Source of the DNA: Azolla caroliniana
Taxonomy: Eukaryota; Plantae; Polypodiophyta
Reading direction: 5' to 3'
NCBI GenBank assembly: GCA_043228905.1
Contig: JBHGNT010000021.1
Span: forward strand, 13,206,001-13,270,000
Length of the DNA stretch: 64,000 nt
The stretch's first letter is position 1, and each line of letters starts with the position of its first letter. The notes under the pieces were generated by a model. It was not told the origin of the DNA. It saw only the letters and a list, made by a program, of their open reading frames with translations, and searched no databases. A program made the position numbers and the translations under genes. Shown piece after piece: positions 36,580 through 49,428 of this stretch.

Positions 36580-39500
36580 ATCATCTAGAGCTTCAATCTC
36601 AAGATTTGGGGCCTCTCTTCTCTTAAAGATCTTGATTCTTTTCCCTGCAATTGGCAAAGCAAGTCGAGTTCCATCTAACTCCACTAAAAAATAGGTTGCA
36701 TTGCTTCCTATTTTCTTGACCATATACGACCCAAACCATCATTTTGCGAACTTTCGAGTAGTGCTATATTGATTATCGAGACTACTGTCATAGACAAGAA
36801 CCCAATCTCCTTCTTCAATTTTTCTTTGCCAAAGGCGATGCTTTCTATCAAAAATGTCCTTGTTCTTCAGTCGAGCTTGGCGCAACCGTTCTATTGCCAA
36901 CTCGACATCTTCGGGCCTCCGTTCTAGTTGTTAAATCCTCGTGGCTAGCAAGTCTTCCCGACTCATTTCCTCTTGCCATGACAAAGATGTCCATGAAGCA
37001 ACACTTTACTCGATAGACATTATTGGTTTTTGCCCTAATATGAGTTCGGCCGGCATATATCCTGTAGTCATGCTATGTGTAGTTCTATCAGCCCACAATG
37101 CATAAGGTAGTAATCGTGGCCAATTCCCCATCTTGCCGTCGCAAGCCTTTGCTAGAGCTTTTACAATCGGACTATGTCCTCGTTCCACCTTCCCATTTGC
37201 GTCTGGGTTGTATGCCACGATGAGCGATAGTTTGACGCCTATTCTTGAAAAGAATTCTTTAGTTTCATTCACATCTAATTCTCCCCTATCAGCTACTATT
37301 TTGCCAGCACATCCGTATCGACAAATAACATCTTCAAGGAGAAACTTAAAAACTACCGAAGTTGTTTTATACCTTAGCGCCTGTCCTTCTACTTGGTTGG
37401 TGAGATCCTCTCTTGCTAGCACGAGATACTTCATTTAACCCAATCCCATCGACATAACCACTATGTCTACCAACCACTTATAGTGCATTGATAATGGATA
37501 TGTCGGGTGAAGTTCATCCCTATGTTGAATATTCGAGTATAATTGGCATTGCTCACATGTTTCAACATAGCTTGCTACATCTTTGTAAACACCCGACCAC
37601 CAATACTTTTCCTTGAGCTTTGCAAATGTTGCCCATCTACCACGATCACCTGCCCACACACTATCATGAAATTTAGCAATTAGTGTTTGTTGATCCTGTT
37701 TCTTGCACACCACTCGAAGTGGAGTTCCATTCTTTTTCTTCGTAAACTTCCAAAGATGTCCTTCTTTGAGGAAGAACTTGTAGGCCTTCTTCCTAATTCG
37801 GTAGAAGTCTTCCTTTGACCATGATTCATCTTTTGTAAGAGAGCTTAAGTATTTGCCAATTTCAATGAATTCACCCTCATAATCTTCTACTTTGAACACT
37901 GCTAGCACCCGAGCACAAGAAACCGTAAAGAAGTTTAGGCCAACATACTCTTCGTCAAAGTGCAAATCTTCTTCACCCTCATACCTCACCCTTGACAACA
38001 TATCGGCCACCACATTATGCTTTACATTTATATGCCGAATCTCAGGGTTGAGGGCCTTGATATAGGCAATCCATCGCAGCATAGCAATATCCAGTGTAGC
38101 ACAACCGGATATCATTCCGAGAATAGGTAGACAATCGGTTTCGATTATGACCTCTGTTCCTATAAGGTAGTCACGGTCGATTTTAACCGTGGATACTATT
38201 CCCCATAGCTCTCTCTTTACTTCGGCATACTTCCTTTGTCTTTCGGTTAACACCTTCGCACCGAATCGGATTGCATACCGATTCTTTTCTTTGTCTTCTT
38301 GGTTTATCACCCATCCAATTCCGGTTGGGCTCGTATCCACTGTCACATATATCGGGGTACCATCGGTGTAGTCGGCTTTGTGCAGTGCTGGAGCTTCCAA
38401 TAATAGTTTCTTTAGCTTTTGAATCGCGTAGGTATGCTCATCTTCCCATTCGAACTTCTTCTTTTTCTTTAATAGTCCATACAATGGTTCAACGACATGA
38501 GCATAATGTGGAATCCATATGCGATAGAATGCACATGCTCCCAAGAATCTACGCACCTCCATTTGAGACACACATTCTTCTTTCATCTCTTGAATAGCGT
38601 TCACCTTGGATGGAGATGGCTTCCGGCCATAAGACCCACAAAAGTGTCCTACTACCAATATTTCTGGTTGACCAAATGCAAACTTCTCTCCCGAAAGCGT
38701 GAGATTCGCATCCTCAAGCTTTTGCAACACCTTCTCACTATCCTTTATATGATCAATGACAAATCTTCGGCAACCATCTTCATCTTTCGATTCATCTTTT
38801 TCTTCCACCAAGCATCCTTTGATTGGAATATCATCTAAGAAGGGCATTGTGATATCGGGGATGCAATCCCTCAACACTTTATTCATGGCATTCACCATGT
38901 GGGCTACGGAATTTGTTGCACCTTGGGGTAAGGTGCACATCCTTACCAACTCGATCGGCGTCCTCATTGTCGTTATGTCTCTACTATCGACGGCCAATTG
39001 AAATTGATCATAGCCCGAGTAGAGATCACCAATGGAATAGATTGATCTTCTCGGGAAGGCTTCGGCAAATTCATCCACACTTGGACCAATTCCGGCATTT
39101 CGGATCGTCACCTTGTTGACGGATTGGACATCTTGAATAAAGCATAAGGACCCGTTCTTCTTCGGCACCGTAAACCATCTATTGGAGTAGGGAGCATTGG
39201 ACGGCTCAAGAATTCCCATCCTAACCTTTTCCTTTAGAAGCTCAATCAACTTCGGAATGTGAGCTCTTGGAACCGGTATCGGCTTGAGGTTCCCAGGTAC
39301 ATGCGGCACCGTAAAAATCACCATCAGCTCTATTATCTTCGGGTCGGCACATCCGATCTCTTGTGGAGAGAAGGCAAAGCCTTTCCCATGTCTCTCAAGC
39401 ATTCCACGGAACATTCTCTCCTCTTCAGGGAGAAGGAAATCTTCCCTTCCAACTTGTAGCTTTCCTTTTGTCTCTTTGGTGAAGACATGACCTATTGCCT

Positions 39501-39900
39501 TTAGATCCCTTAAGCTCGAATCATTAGCAACTTCCTTCATCTTCTGCCAGCTATCTTCCGGTAGCGGAACCGCAACTGGCTTGATCTTCTTATTCATTGT
39601 TTTATATTTTGTGTTGACTTCAGCTTCATCCATCAAGATGCCTCGATGATATTCATCGATGATAGCGTACATGTCGATAAAGTTAACCGAAATCACATGT
39701 TTATTGTGAGGATAGCTCAAGTCCACGACTTCCTCGATTTCGCCGATGGTGTCGTTAAATGAGGCTTCCTCCAGAATATGAGACACAAATTCTTCTTCTT
39801 CGATTATGCTTTCTTCTTTCAGCACCTTCTCGAAGTCTTGTATCCGATGCTTGTCCTTCTTGTTGAGTAGTGTTAGTTTACATGTGCCACTAGGTGTCAC
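36580..39900 (-). pseudogene. pol: pol (RT-RNase H-IN) of the Ylt1-like Gypsy
   Basis: 821-aa plus 142-aa in-frame ORFs with GDLYSGYDQ, LPQGATNS, PFLDD, VDTSPTGIG, CEQCQ, ADRGE and NGKVER; a GPY/F-like tail runs to about 36600. Confidence 0.93.
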
Positions 39901-39949
39901 ACATATTGCTTCTCCTTGCGATCCACTTATTTTGCTTCCTTGTGGGGAC

Positions 39950-42215
39950 TTATGATTGCTTGGACTATTTCTACCCCACTCTTCAATAGTCAGCTCTAAA
40001 AAGCCGAGGATTCGCCTCCAAGGCTATCTCGGTTCCTTTCGTGATTAGCCCGCACCGTAAGGAGTTGAACAAATCTTTGATTGTCAAGGCTCTTGACTCG
40101 CGCGAAGGCCGCTCCATTATCGAACACCTTAGTCTCCATCTAGGACTATGTGATATATGGTTGTCCTAGGATGACGGAATGTGAAGCCAAGTCTTGCACG
40201 AAGAAGTGTTGATCCATCTCCACATCTCCGATTGTGACTTTAACATTGGGGCAAGCTGCGTACAAGTCTTCTGTGGCCTTCGTTGCCGCTCGTATCTTCC
40301 ATCCGTAGTTTGTGTTGATCATACATCTTCCTTTCTTGTAGAATTTGGTCGACATGAGGTTGATCTCCAAACCATGGTCAATCAAGGCTACCACGGTCTC
40401 CTTCTTCTCTCTGATCTTCACCAGCGTCTCCATTGTCGCTCTTGCCCAATAAGGCCGAGAGTAATGGCTGTCCACCATCACTTCTTCTTCCTCCTCCTCT
40501 TCTGATCTTGCCATGGTTATGACACTTGTTTTCACCTCTTCTTCATCCGATTGTTGCCGCGTCCGCTTAATCAAGTCCACGATAGTATCGTGGAACTCCT
40601 TCTTAGCGATCCCAAGTAGCTCTCTCAAAGTAAGGTCGACATGACTGTCTAAAACCTTCTCCTCAAGGACCTTCCGCAAGTCGGTTGTTTGTTCTATGTT
40701 CGACCTTAGCTTGTAAGTCGGAGCCGCTCGTTCTTTTCCTTTCTTCACAGATTCATCAACTTCCATCCGAGAAGGTTGGCTCGATCCACCGGGCTTCATG
40801 CTTGTTTCTCCTATCTCTTTTCGTGGTGTAGGCTGGGCTTGTCCTTCTTTCCCTGCATTCCTTGTATTGTGACGCTTTGAGGTGCCATCTTCTTCACCGG
40901 TTCTTTTCCTCTTCTTTTCGACAAGAGCCTCATAGTTGTCGCACACAACCTCCACAAAGCTTATGTTATCATCGACTGGATCCGACAATCCGGTTACTCA
41001 TCGCACATTCCGATCAGCATGTTTGAGATCCTCTAAACCTATTTTTCCTTTCTTTTCATAATCGAATATTGTTGGCCAAAACCCAACTCCCGGCTTGATC
41101 GTCTTTAGATTCTCTCTTCCGACTCGTATTCCCGCCGATGCAGCATAGTGCATGGCTTCCACATGCCTTGCATCTTCCTCTTCCACGATCTTCTTCAGCT
41201 TGCCTCTCCCGAAGTTCACTCGTTGTGGCTTTCATGTCTCGCTCGAGTGGATCATGTTGCCGTCCAAATAGACGACATTCTTGCGAATTGCGTCTTGCAA
41301 GTCAGTGCACTCCCTTCGCGAGTGCTCGAAGCTATCGCACCACACACATCTATACACTTCTTTCCCCTTTGGCCCATGTCGACCTAAGTTGGCCAGAGAT
41401 ACCGCTTCAAACTTCTTGAAGATCTCTTCGATTATAGATTCCTCGATTGTTTTCTTGTCGAAATTGTTGATCGGCTTGTTAGACTCGATCGTCACAGGTG
41501 TCTTCCTCCTCCACGATTGTGGATTCTCCATATCAGTTTCCTCTTGCCATTGTCGACACTTGTCAAGACGGCTACAAGCCTTCTTCACCATCACCCAGTC
41601 CGCTACCAAGCCATTCGGTTGTGTTTCGTCCTCCAAAAAGTTGCCCAATTCTCGCCGATCTTTCACATCCACTGTCTTCAGGAATATTCAGACTTTATCT
41701 CCATTGAGAATTCGTTGATCAACACTCGGAAGTCGGTTATACTTCTGGTCAAATTCGGCATATACTCCAGACACACACATATTCTTCCCTTTCTTCTCGA
41801 TCCAAGACATTAGCGTATGTCGAGTCATCCATGATGCGTCTTCAAGCATGTATTCAGCGAGAAGCGCCTTTTCGAACTCGGCCCAAGTTGCATGCTCGTT
41901 TTGGATCTCCATGACGCGGTCACGGATCCCTGGTTCCACCACACGTTTGAAGCTAGAAATTTGTTTGAGATCATTGACATCGCTTTGTTGCTTCTCGTTC
42001 CAATAGGTAGCAAGAAAATCCGTGATGTTCTTGCCACCAAATCTTCCAGCTATCTCGACCGTACGATCAACAACTTTGTCGATTAAAGCTTCTCGATGTC
42101 TCACCTTCAGCATGTATTCCACTACGGATACCATGCCTTGCGTTAATTCCTCTCCTTGAGTTCCGCTTGTGGAAGCCATCATTGCACTTGATATCCTCCC
42201 TACCGCCTCTTTCAC
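39950..42215 (-). pseudogene. gag: gag-protease of the Ylt1-like Gypsy, fragmented
   Basis: ORFs 41688-42215, 41232-41672 (CVWCDSFEHSRREC) and 40146-40988 (LTLRELLG, ALIDHGLEINL, VILGQP). Confidence 0.88.
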
Positions 42216-45200
42216 GTCGGGTTCACTACTTAATTATGTCGTGAAAAGCCGTCACTATGTGGTGATCGTGAGACGGAACCGTCGGGGTTCTGGACTAGAA
42301 GGATTTAGTGCAACACGTACAACACAAGCAAGTTTTAAGCATAACACAACTGGGAGAGACAAATCATTAGTTTATTGCAAAAGAAAATCTATTCTTTATA
42401 ATTTCATAATCGTGTTACAATGGGTTGGAAATGAGAAATTAATTTTTCAAAGAAAGGAGCCAACAACCATGCAAGGAGTGGTCCGATATGAATACGAGAG
42501 ATAATTTTGGACAAGAAAGATCGAGTAAACAAAGCTAGGAGTTTGATATCAATATGTGAGATAATTTGTTTCTCGAATCCGAGAGGGAAGAAGAAGGAAG
42601 GGAAAAAAAAAACCTAGAGGGAAAAAATGGGACATATATCCTGCTCCTTGTTGATCCTCCTCCCCAATGTTACTTTGCATGCCCACTTTAAGTTGCATGG
42701 CCTCTATTTTTAGTTGCTTGGCCTCTACTTCTAGTTGCATGCTTCCATTTTTAGATGCATTCCTTTTACTTTTAGCTGCATGGCCTTGGCTTTTGGTTGC
42801 ATGCGATTGTCCGTATAATTCGGCCACATGACACAATCATCCATAAAGTGTAGCCTGTGCGCCATCCGTACGTGCGTCACAACCAAACCGTAGACACGTC
42901 CGCGCGCAAAAGTCCTGACCACGCAATGTACACATCCAACCCGCACTGTGTATGCATCCGCACACACGTGCGTCCCGACGGCGCCGTGTACGCATCCGCG
43001 CGCACGCCCGAAAACGTCCACACAGCCATACACACGCGCATATGCCCGAAGTGTGTACGCATACGCGTGCTCGTCCGCACACACGCGTATGTCTGAAAAC
43101 GTCCACGCGGCCATGCACACGCGCATACGCCCGAAGCGTTAACACGGCCATGCATACCACACAGTGTAGCCCAAGTCACCTTGAACATTCTTTGCTCCAC
43201 ACATTGATAGAATGAATATGTTTTGGTTTCCCTTATATATCCTGGGTTCCAATGTTGTCCTATCTTTGTGGGATATCTCACAGTTTTTTCTTTTCTTTCT
43301 TCTTCTTCAAACTTTACACTCAGTGCATAACTTGAGACCTATTTATCCGTTTCATGCGTAGTAAAATAAGCTATGAAGTTCTTGAAGACACTTATCTATA
43401 TGAATAATTAAGCTAATCTTAAATAATTTTTTTACTAAGTTTCATATCGTGTGAAGAACCACACGACATCGTTGTGCGCACTGAAGGTGCTCCTCGGTCG
43501 GTCGCGCCATGAAATGACTAATCACCCCGACCGGGTAGCTGAGATCTGGTCGGGTGATGATCAAGTATATAAGGCTTCCGACTATCTGTCAGAACCTCGT
43601 CGGGTCGCATACCTTTCCAGAATCAGGGCAAAGTTTGACGGTTCTATCCAGAGGAGTTGAGATAGACTTATAGTCGGCCATCCCGAATTTGAAGAGCATA
43701 CTCAGCACGTAATGCCGTTGGCTGATCAGTATGCCTTCGGGGGTGCGGATCACTTCGATCCCGAGGAAGTAATGAAGGTCCCCCAGATGCTTCATGTCGA
43801 ATGATGCCGCAAGCTGGAGCTTCATGCGGTCAATCTCACCTAGGTCGGCGCCAGTGATGACCACGTCATCAACATAAAGTAAAATGCTAACCGGCCCGAG
43901 TTGACCTTTCCGGATGAACAGTGAGGAGTCTGATTTTGACGTCGCAAAGCCCAACCGACGCAATCTTTGTGTGATCTTCGCGTTCCAAGTAGGCGGGGCT
44001 TGCTTTAGTCCGTAAAGGGACTTCTTCAATCGGCATGCTGCCGAAGTGTTCGTTCCGGAGTGAAATCTGGGGGGTTGTACCATGTACACCCATTCCTCAA
44101 GCTTACCTTGCAAGAACGCATTCTTTACATCCATCTGATGTAAGTGCCACCCCTTTGCCGCAACCACCGCGAGCAAAACACGGACGATCGTCATCTTCAC
44201 GACTGGCGCAAACGTCTCATCGTAGTCAATGTCGTGTTTCTCCACGTAGCCCTTTCGCTACTAACCAGGCCTTGTATCGGTTGACCAAGTCATCAGTGTT
44301 GTACTTGACCTTGTACACCCTTATGCACCCGATCGGCTTCACACCCACATGTACTTGACCTTGTACACCCACATGCACCCGATCAGCCAATGCACACATC
44401 TCTTCCTCCATTGCGGCACGCCAATTCGCGTCCTTCGCCGCTTCTGCGTAGCTTTCCGGCTCACGCACATCCGCTACACAGGTCATGTACGCATAGTGAT
44501 GCGCCATGTACTCATTGTATCCGAACCGCACAACAGGGTTCTTCTGGCGGGAAGACCGACGTAACTTGGTATTACCCGGTTTGGGGCCCTTCTTGGCCAG
44601 GTCGGACCTCGTTCCCGGAGTTCGGCCTTCATCCTTTGTGGAGTCGGATTCGCTCCGATCCGACTCAACGTTGCCGGTTTGGTATTCCGGCATCTTCTTC
44701 TTCCCCCTTCTCTTTGCGCGTGAACCATCTCCTTGGTTCCTTGCGTGGGGAAAGCATGTCAGAGTCTCCACTACTCGCTAGTTCCTCATCCGACTGGTCA
44801 TCCCGACTCAGCCGCTCATTCGGTCCACTTAACTGAAATGAGATCAGACTCTCTTCTAGAGTGCCGAGGTCTTCATCTTCTATCTGGGCCGATTCAGGCT
44901 CACTAGCCTCATCCTACGGTATCGGGTCAGGGTCAGAAGTCGGAGTCGGTAAGGCATACCATGATGTCGTCTCATCAAACTCAACATCTCGGCTAACTCG
45001 GACCTGGTTCGTCCAGGGGTTATAACACTTATCCCCCTTTTGCTCATGCTAGTAACCGACCAAGATGTATTTCTCTGACTTTGAATCCAACTTCCTCCAC
45101 TTCTCATCCAGCACATGCACATGTGCAATGCTACCGAATATCCGAAGGTGTCTCAAATTTGGCTTGCGCCCGAAGTATAGCTCATGCACAGACACCTTGT

Positions 45201-45732
45201 CACTGATCCGGTTTTGGATGTAGACGGCCGTTCGAACCGCCTCCGCCCAGTAGAAATGGGGCATGCTCTTCTTGTTACCCGTTCCTTTGGGTGAACACCT
45301 TCGATAGATCTGCGGCTATCGGTATTCAAGGGCGTGGTACGTGAAGGCTCGTAATAGAGGCGTCGTGAGAGAAACAATGCTCAGAGATAAAACACTAGCG
45401 AGATCTTGATAGGCGTGGGCGGCGCTGAAATCATAGGTATGAATCAAAGCACAGACACATGGAGCAAACTGGGCACAAATCAGATATATTACTGCGACAG
45501 AAAAAGGATTACAGAACACGGCCTACGGCCGGTGACCTTACAAGATTATCTAGTTACGAGGGACTCAGCTAGTGCTTCCGCCTATATTTTTCTTCTCCCC
45601 TGCTCTGAAGTACTGGTCCTCGTTTAAATAACGTTTCCCCTAATACACAGCCGAGTCGTCGGTGGCCCGTGATACTCGGACTCGGCGTTTGCTAATTTCC
45701 TAATTTTACATTTCTATCCTCTGGACAACACT

Positions 45733-45771
45733 TGGCACGCCCGTGGGACAGGACCTGTCCGTCGGACCCAC
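45733..45771 (-). other. tRNA-Arg 3'-end mimic replacing the PPT (element Z)
   Basis: Minus strand reads GTGGGTCCGA-cggacaggtcctg-TCCCACGGGCGTGCCA, then AG, then the LTR TGTTGTCC. Confidence 0.85.
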
Positions 45772-45828
45772 GACTTACAAAAATACTAACAATATTACAA
45801 AAATTTCCTTTTAGGCGTGATCCTCGTT

Positions 45829-48800
45829 TCATTCCTCTTTTAAGATGTCGAGGATGTTTTCGGGGTCCGGGGTGCTGGCAGGGTGGTCTGGTTGGACTGT
45901 CGATGCCGGGGGTTGAGTTTGGTCCGGGGGTGTCATATCTTCTCGGGCGTCCACCTCAGGTGCGGCCGATTCTTCTGGTGGGGATGTGGGTTCGAGGGCC
46001 CTGACCTCTACTTCGATTGGATCTGGTACCGTGTGGGCATCCATGGGATATTTGTTGGCCGGGGCAAGTTCCTCCTGTGCCGTGTCCGTGATCCCCTCGC
46101 TGGAAGGTTCTTCCTTCTACTCTGTGGCCGTTGGAGGGCTGGTGGGGATGGCTGCGAGTCATTCTCGTTCGAAGGCTTCTGCTTCCAGGCGAAACAACAT
46201 CTGACCGTCATTGATGTCCTCTAGTATTTGCTCGATTGCCGCAGTGTGAGATTTTGCCAAGGACTGGTAATCCTCGGTTAAATCTGCACGCAGGTTTTGT
46301 ATGCTGGCTTCGTCCATTTTGTAAAAGCCGCAGCCCTCCTTCCGTCGGTTCTCGGCGTCGGCGCGTAAAATATGCAATTCGGCAGCTTGGGCTACCCATT
46401 CGTCTCCTGCGCGACTTAATGTTTCCTCGACCTTTTTGGTAAGGTGTTGGCGCTGTTTCTTGATCAGTATTCTGATGCATGTCTCATCCATGCCGTGCTG
46501 TGCTCGGATGGCTGCTAATTCCTGTTTTAAGCCGTCGACCTCGGCCTGAAGCTTCTTTGCTAGTAGTTCATAGGTGGCTTGAGTGTTCTTTGCATCCGCG
46601 GTTACGAGCTGGATAGACTGCTCGTAATGCTTGGTGAGTTCTTCGGTAGCTTTCTCCCATTCTTTTTGACACGCGGCCCAGACTTGTTCCCGTTCGATGA
46701 TTCTCTCTTCTTGTAGGGCGAAGTAGGAATAAGATAATTCGTCTTTTTGCTCCGAAAGTAGCTTGCATTTGATAAAAAACTCGTCAGCCATTTCTTTAAG
46801 GGTCGTACGCTGACTCTACAACTCAGCATTCTCCGCGATCATTCTCTCCTCCCGTTGGCGATTTCTTTCCTCCTGTCGGTGGTTCAAGTCTTTCGCATTG
46901 TCGAGCGCGGCCTGTAGGTCTAGGACCTCCTTCTCTTTCTTTGCCACTGTGGCTGCGTATTCCTCCAGCTTGCTTTTGAGTTCGGCTTCTTTGCCCGCGG
47001 CTTGAGCTTGTACCCGGCCCAATGCTTTGTTCTGCTCGTGTATCCTTTGGTCGGCCTGGGCTCTAATCTCGGCCATCTGCTTGGAAGCTTCTTCTTTTAG
47101 GCGAGCCATCGCCTCATGATGCCATTGTTCGTGTCTCTCGGTTCGTCATTGTTCTTCTTTAAGCTCCGCTCGGTAATCCCGGAGCGGGGGTTCTGTCTGG
47201 GTTTCCACCTCCTTGGGTGGACGAGGGGGTGGTATCTCGGTCTTCTCCATGGGTGTGGCTGCCTCGGTTGTTGTGCAGGCATCGACCATTTGTAATGAGT
47301 CCGTTTGTGTGCTGCCCTGAATCGTCAGGATTGAATCTGTGACAGTGCTTTCATCCATCATTGTTATGCGTGGAGGGGCTGGGAGGGCCTCGGTGGTCGT
47401 GACCGGAAGCGGCCGATTTTGCTCCCAGGCTGCCAGCTTCTGTTTTGCAGCGTGCCATAATTCCGTAGCCATCTTAGCCTGTTTTTGGGATATTTTTATC
47501 TTTCGGGCCATGTCTTTGGCTGCTCGCGTAGTGCGATCCAGGTCCCTATATGCCTCGATAAGGGCCGTGTTCAACTCGGGGACCTCCATGAGGAGAGTGG
47601 CCTGTTTTGCCTGCTTCTTTCTCCCTATTTTTTGTAAAGCCCTATCGTCCTGGGGCTCAATTTCACCCAATAGTGCGCGTTCAATCATTTTTGTTTCGGC
47701 GTGCTCTTCCGCCATTCGAGCGGCTGCCGTGACTTGGGCTCTAGCGAGGAAGTAGACCAACTCGAATGTCGTACCGAGGCGTAGGAGCGCACTAAATTCA
47801 TAAGCCTACACGGGGAGGTCTTTATACCCGAGGACTTCATCCTCCGAGATGTGCGTTGTCTACCCATGCTCGATCTTTCCCTGGTTCAACGATGCCTCCT
47901 CAGGGATGATGGCCAGGTTGCTCTGTCTGACAACTAAGGCTTGCTCTTGTTGTGGCTCTTTCTGTTCTGTCGAGGACTCGCAGTTGAGTCGTCTTCTCTT
48001 GCTCAGCTGTGTTTGGGGTTCCGGGGCCGGTAGTGTCGTTTCCTCCGCCTACTTCCTTTTCTGGGGTCGTGGTGGTGCTGCTTGCTATGTGTTGGGGCAT
48101 GCGCTAGGCCTTGGGGAAGTTACCGAGGGGCGCAATGTTGGCTGTGGAATGGTGACATCATCTGCCGTGTTGTCCTCCGCGGCTATCTCCTCCTCCCATT
48201 CTTGGCAGGTCTCGGAAACTTCCCTTTTTTGTTGGGGTTGGGTGGGTGGTGGTGCAGATGCGGGGTTTTGGTTGGCGGTAGGAGGTGAAGGAGATGTGGG
48301 TTCCTCCCATGCTTCGTGGTTGATGGCAACGAATTTCTCTCTCTGCGTTCGTGGTGGTGGTGGGGACGTGAGTGTGCGAGGGGAAGGAAGAGAAGAGGGT
48401 GGGTATAGAACCATCAAAAAGTGGGTAAGAATAGACAACATCTTCTTACCGAACTGGAATGAAGTTAAGGCGGCGCGGAGTCCTTCGCCTGTGATGATTC
48501 CCCAATCGATTTTGTTTCCTTCATACGCGCTGATGATGATGGCTGCCTTGTTCTACGGCATGCTCGTCGGGTTCATATGCACGAACGCTTACTCCATCAA
48601 TATACGAGCAATCTCCCCGAAAGCTCTGTTGGGACCGCCATACGTGCGATATGCCTTGCCTGAGGCTGAGTACTCACCGAAGTACTCTTTCATCTTCAAT
48701 GCCGGGGGTATGTCGACCTCATGGTCCCCTCCCCGTTGCAGGTCCAAAACAGCCCGAAGCACGTTGTTGGTGATGGCTTCGGGACAAATACGTTTAGCCA

Positions 48801-48906
48801 CACCTTGGGCATCTGGGTGCGGGGGGGCATCGATGATCTTCAGGTAACCGCCCATTCCTCGTTCCTGGAGCTAGGCGCGGGTTTCTGTTGAAGCGGTAGG
48901 AGGCAT
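45829..48906 (-). pseudogene. Large (about 1000 codon) sense-strand accessory ORF downstream of pol, function unknown
   Basis: Consecutive fragments 48589-48855, 48085-48441, 47900-48100, 47146-47760, 46816-47109, 46159-46791 and 45829-46044; homologue at 34-759. Confidence 0.8.
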
Positions 48907-49428
48907 GGTGGAGATGGAGACGGGGTTTGACTGTGTGGAAGAGTGAAGAAGAGTGATGAGACGAGGGCGAGACAGAGCAGGAACAATAGGAAGGGGAAGT
49001 TCAGCAGAGGGGCTATGAGAGCGAAAGCAGGCTTGAGAGCAAGAGCGTTTAGAGCGATGAGAGCGAGACGGGGTTTCTGAGCTTGAGAGCGATGGAGATT
49101 GGAAGCGATAATGAACTTCTGTGTCTGTGCTGCGTTTTGGAAACGGTTTTAGTAACTTACTCCTAGGGTTTTGTGCCTAAAGCGAATCCTGAAGATTCTG
49201 AGTCGTGGGTGCCATAATAAGTGACTAGCACCACGTGTCCTGAAGGTGAGTGGGGTGCTTCTAGTGCTTTGCATGTGCTTAAATAGGTAGTAAATGAGTG
49301 GTGGCGAGGGATGCTCCTAAATTTGTGGGTGCCTAGGTGGGTGGTGTAAGTGTAGCTAATCGGTGGCTAAACTATGGTTAATCCTACCTACTACTACTTT
49401 CATTAATTTCAAGAAGGTGGGTGAGTCC

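Larger units (their letters stand above)
35120..43468 (-). mobile_element. Full-length fungal-type (Ylt1-like) non-chromoviral Ty3/Gypsy; 3' LTR 35120-36483, 5' LTR 42237-43468
   Basis: LTRs TGTCG...CGACA; 4-bp TSD GCGT/TCGT; PBS-Trp at 42212-42228 (one substitution); 22-nt motif at 36501-36522. The lineage label is from motif memory. Confidence 0.9.

Noticed and set aside
47849-48847. 332-aa plus-strand ORF (also 231-833, 28254-29045 and similar)
   Set aside because: These are antisense shadows of TE coding frames with no recognisable motifs.
45829-48906. env gene / endogenous retrovirus
   Set aside because: No signal peptide or clear transmembrane helix is visible; kept as an accessory ORF of unknown function.
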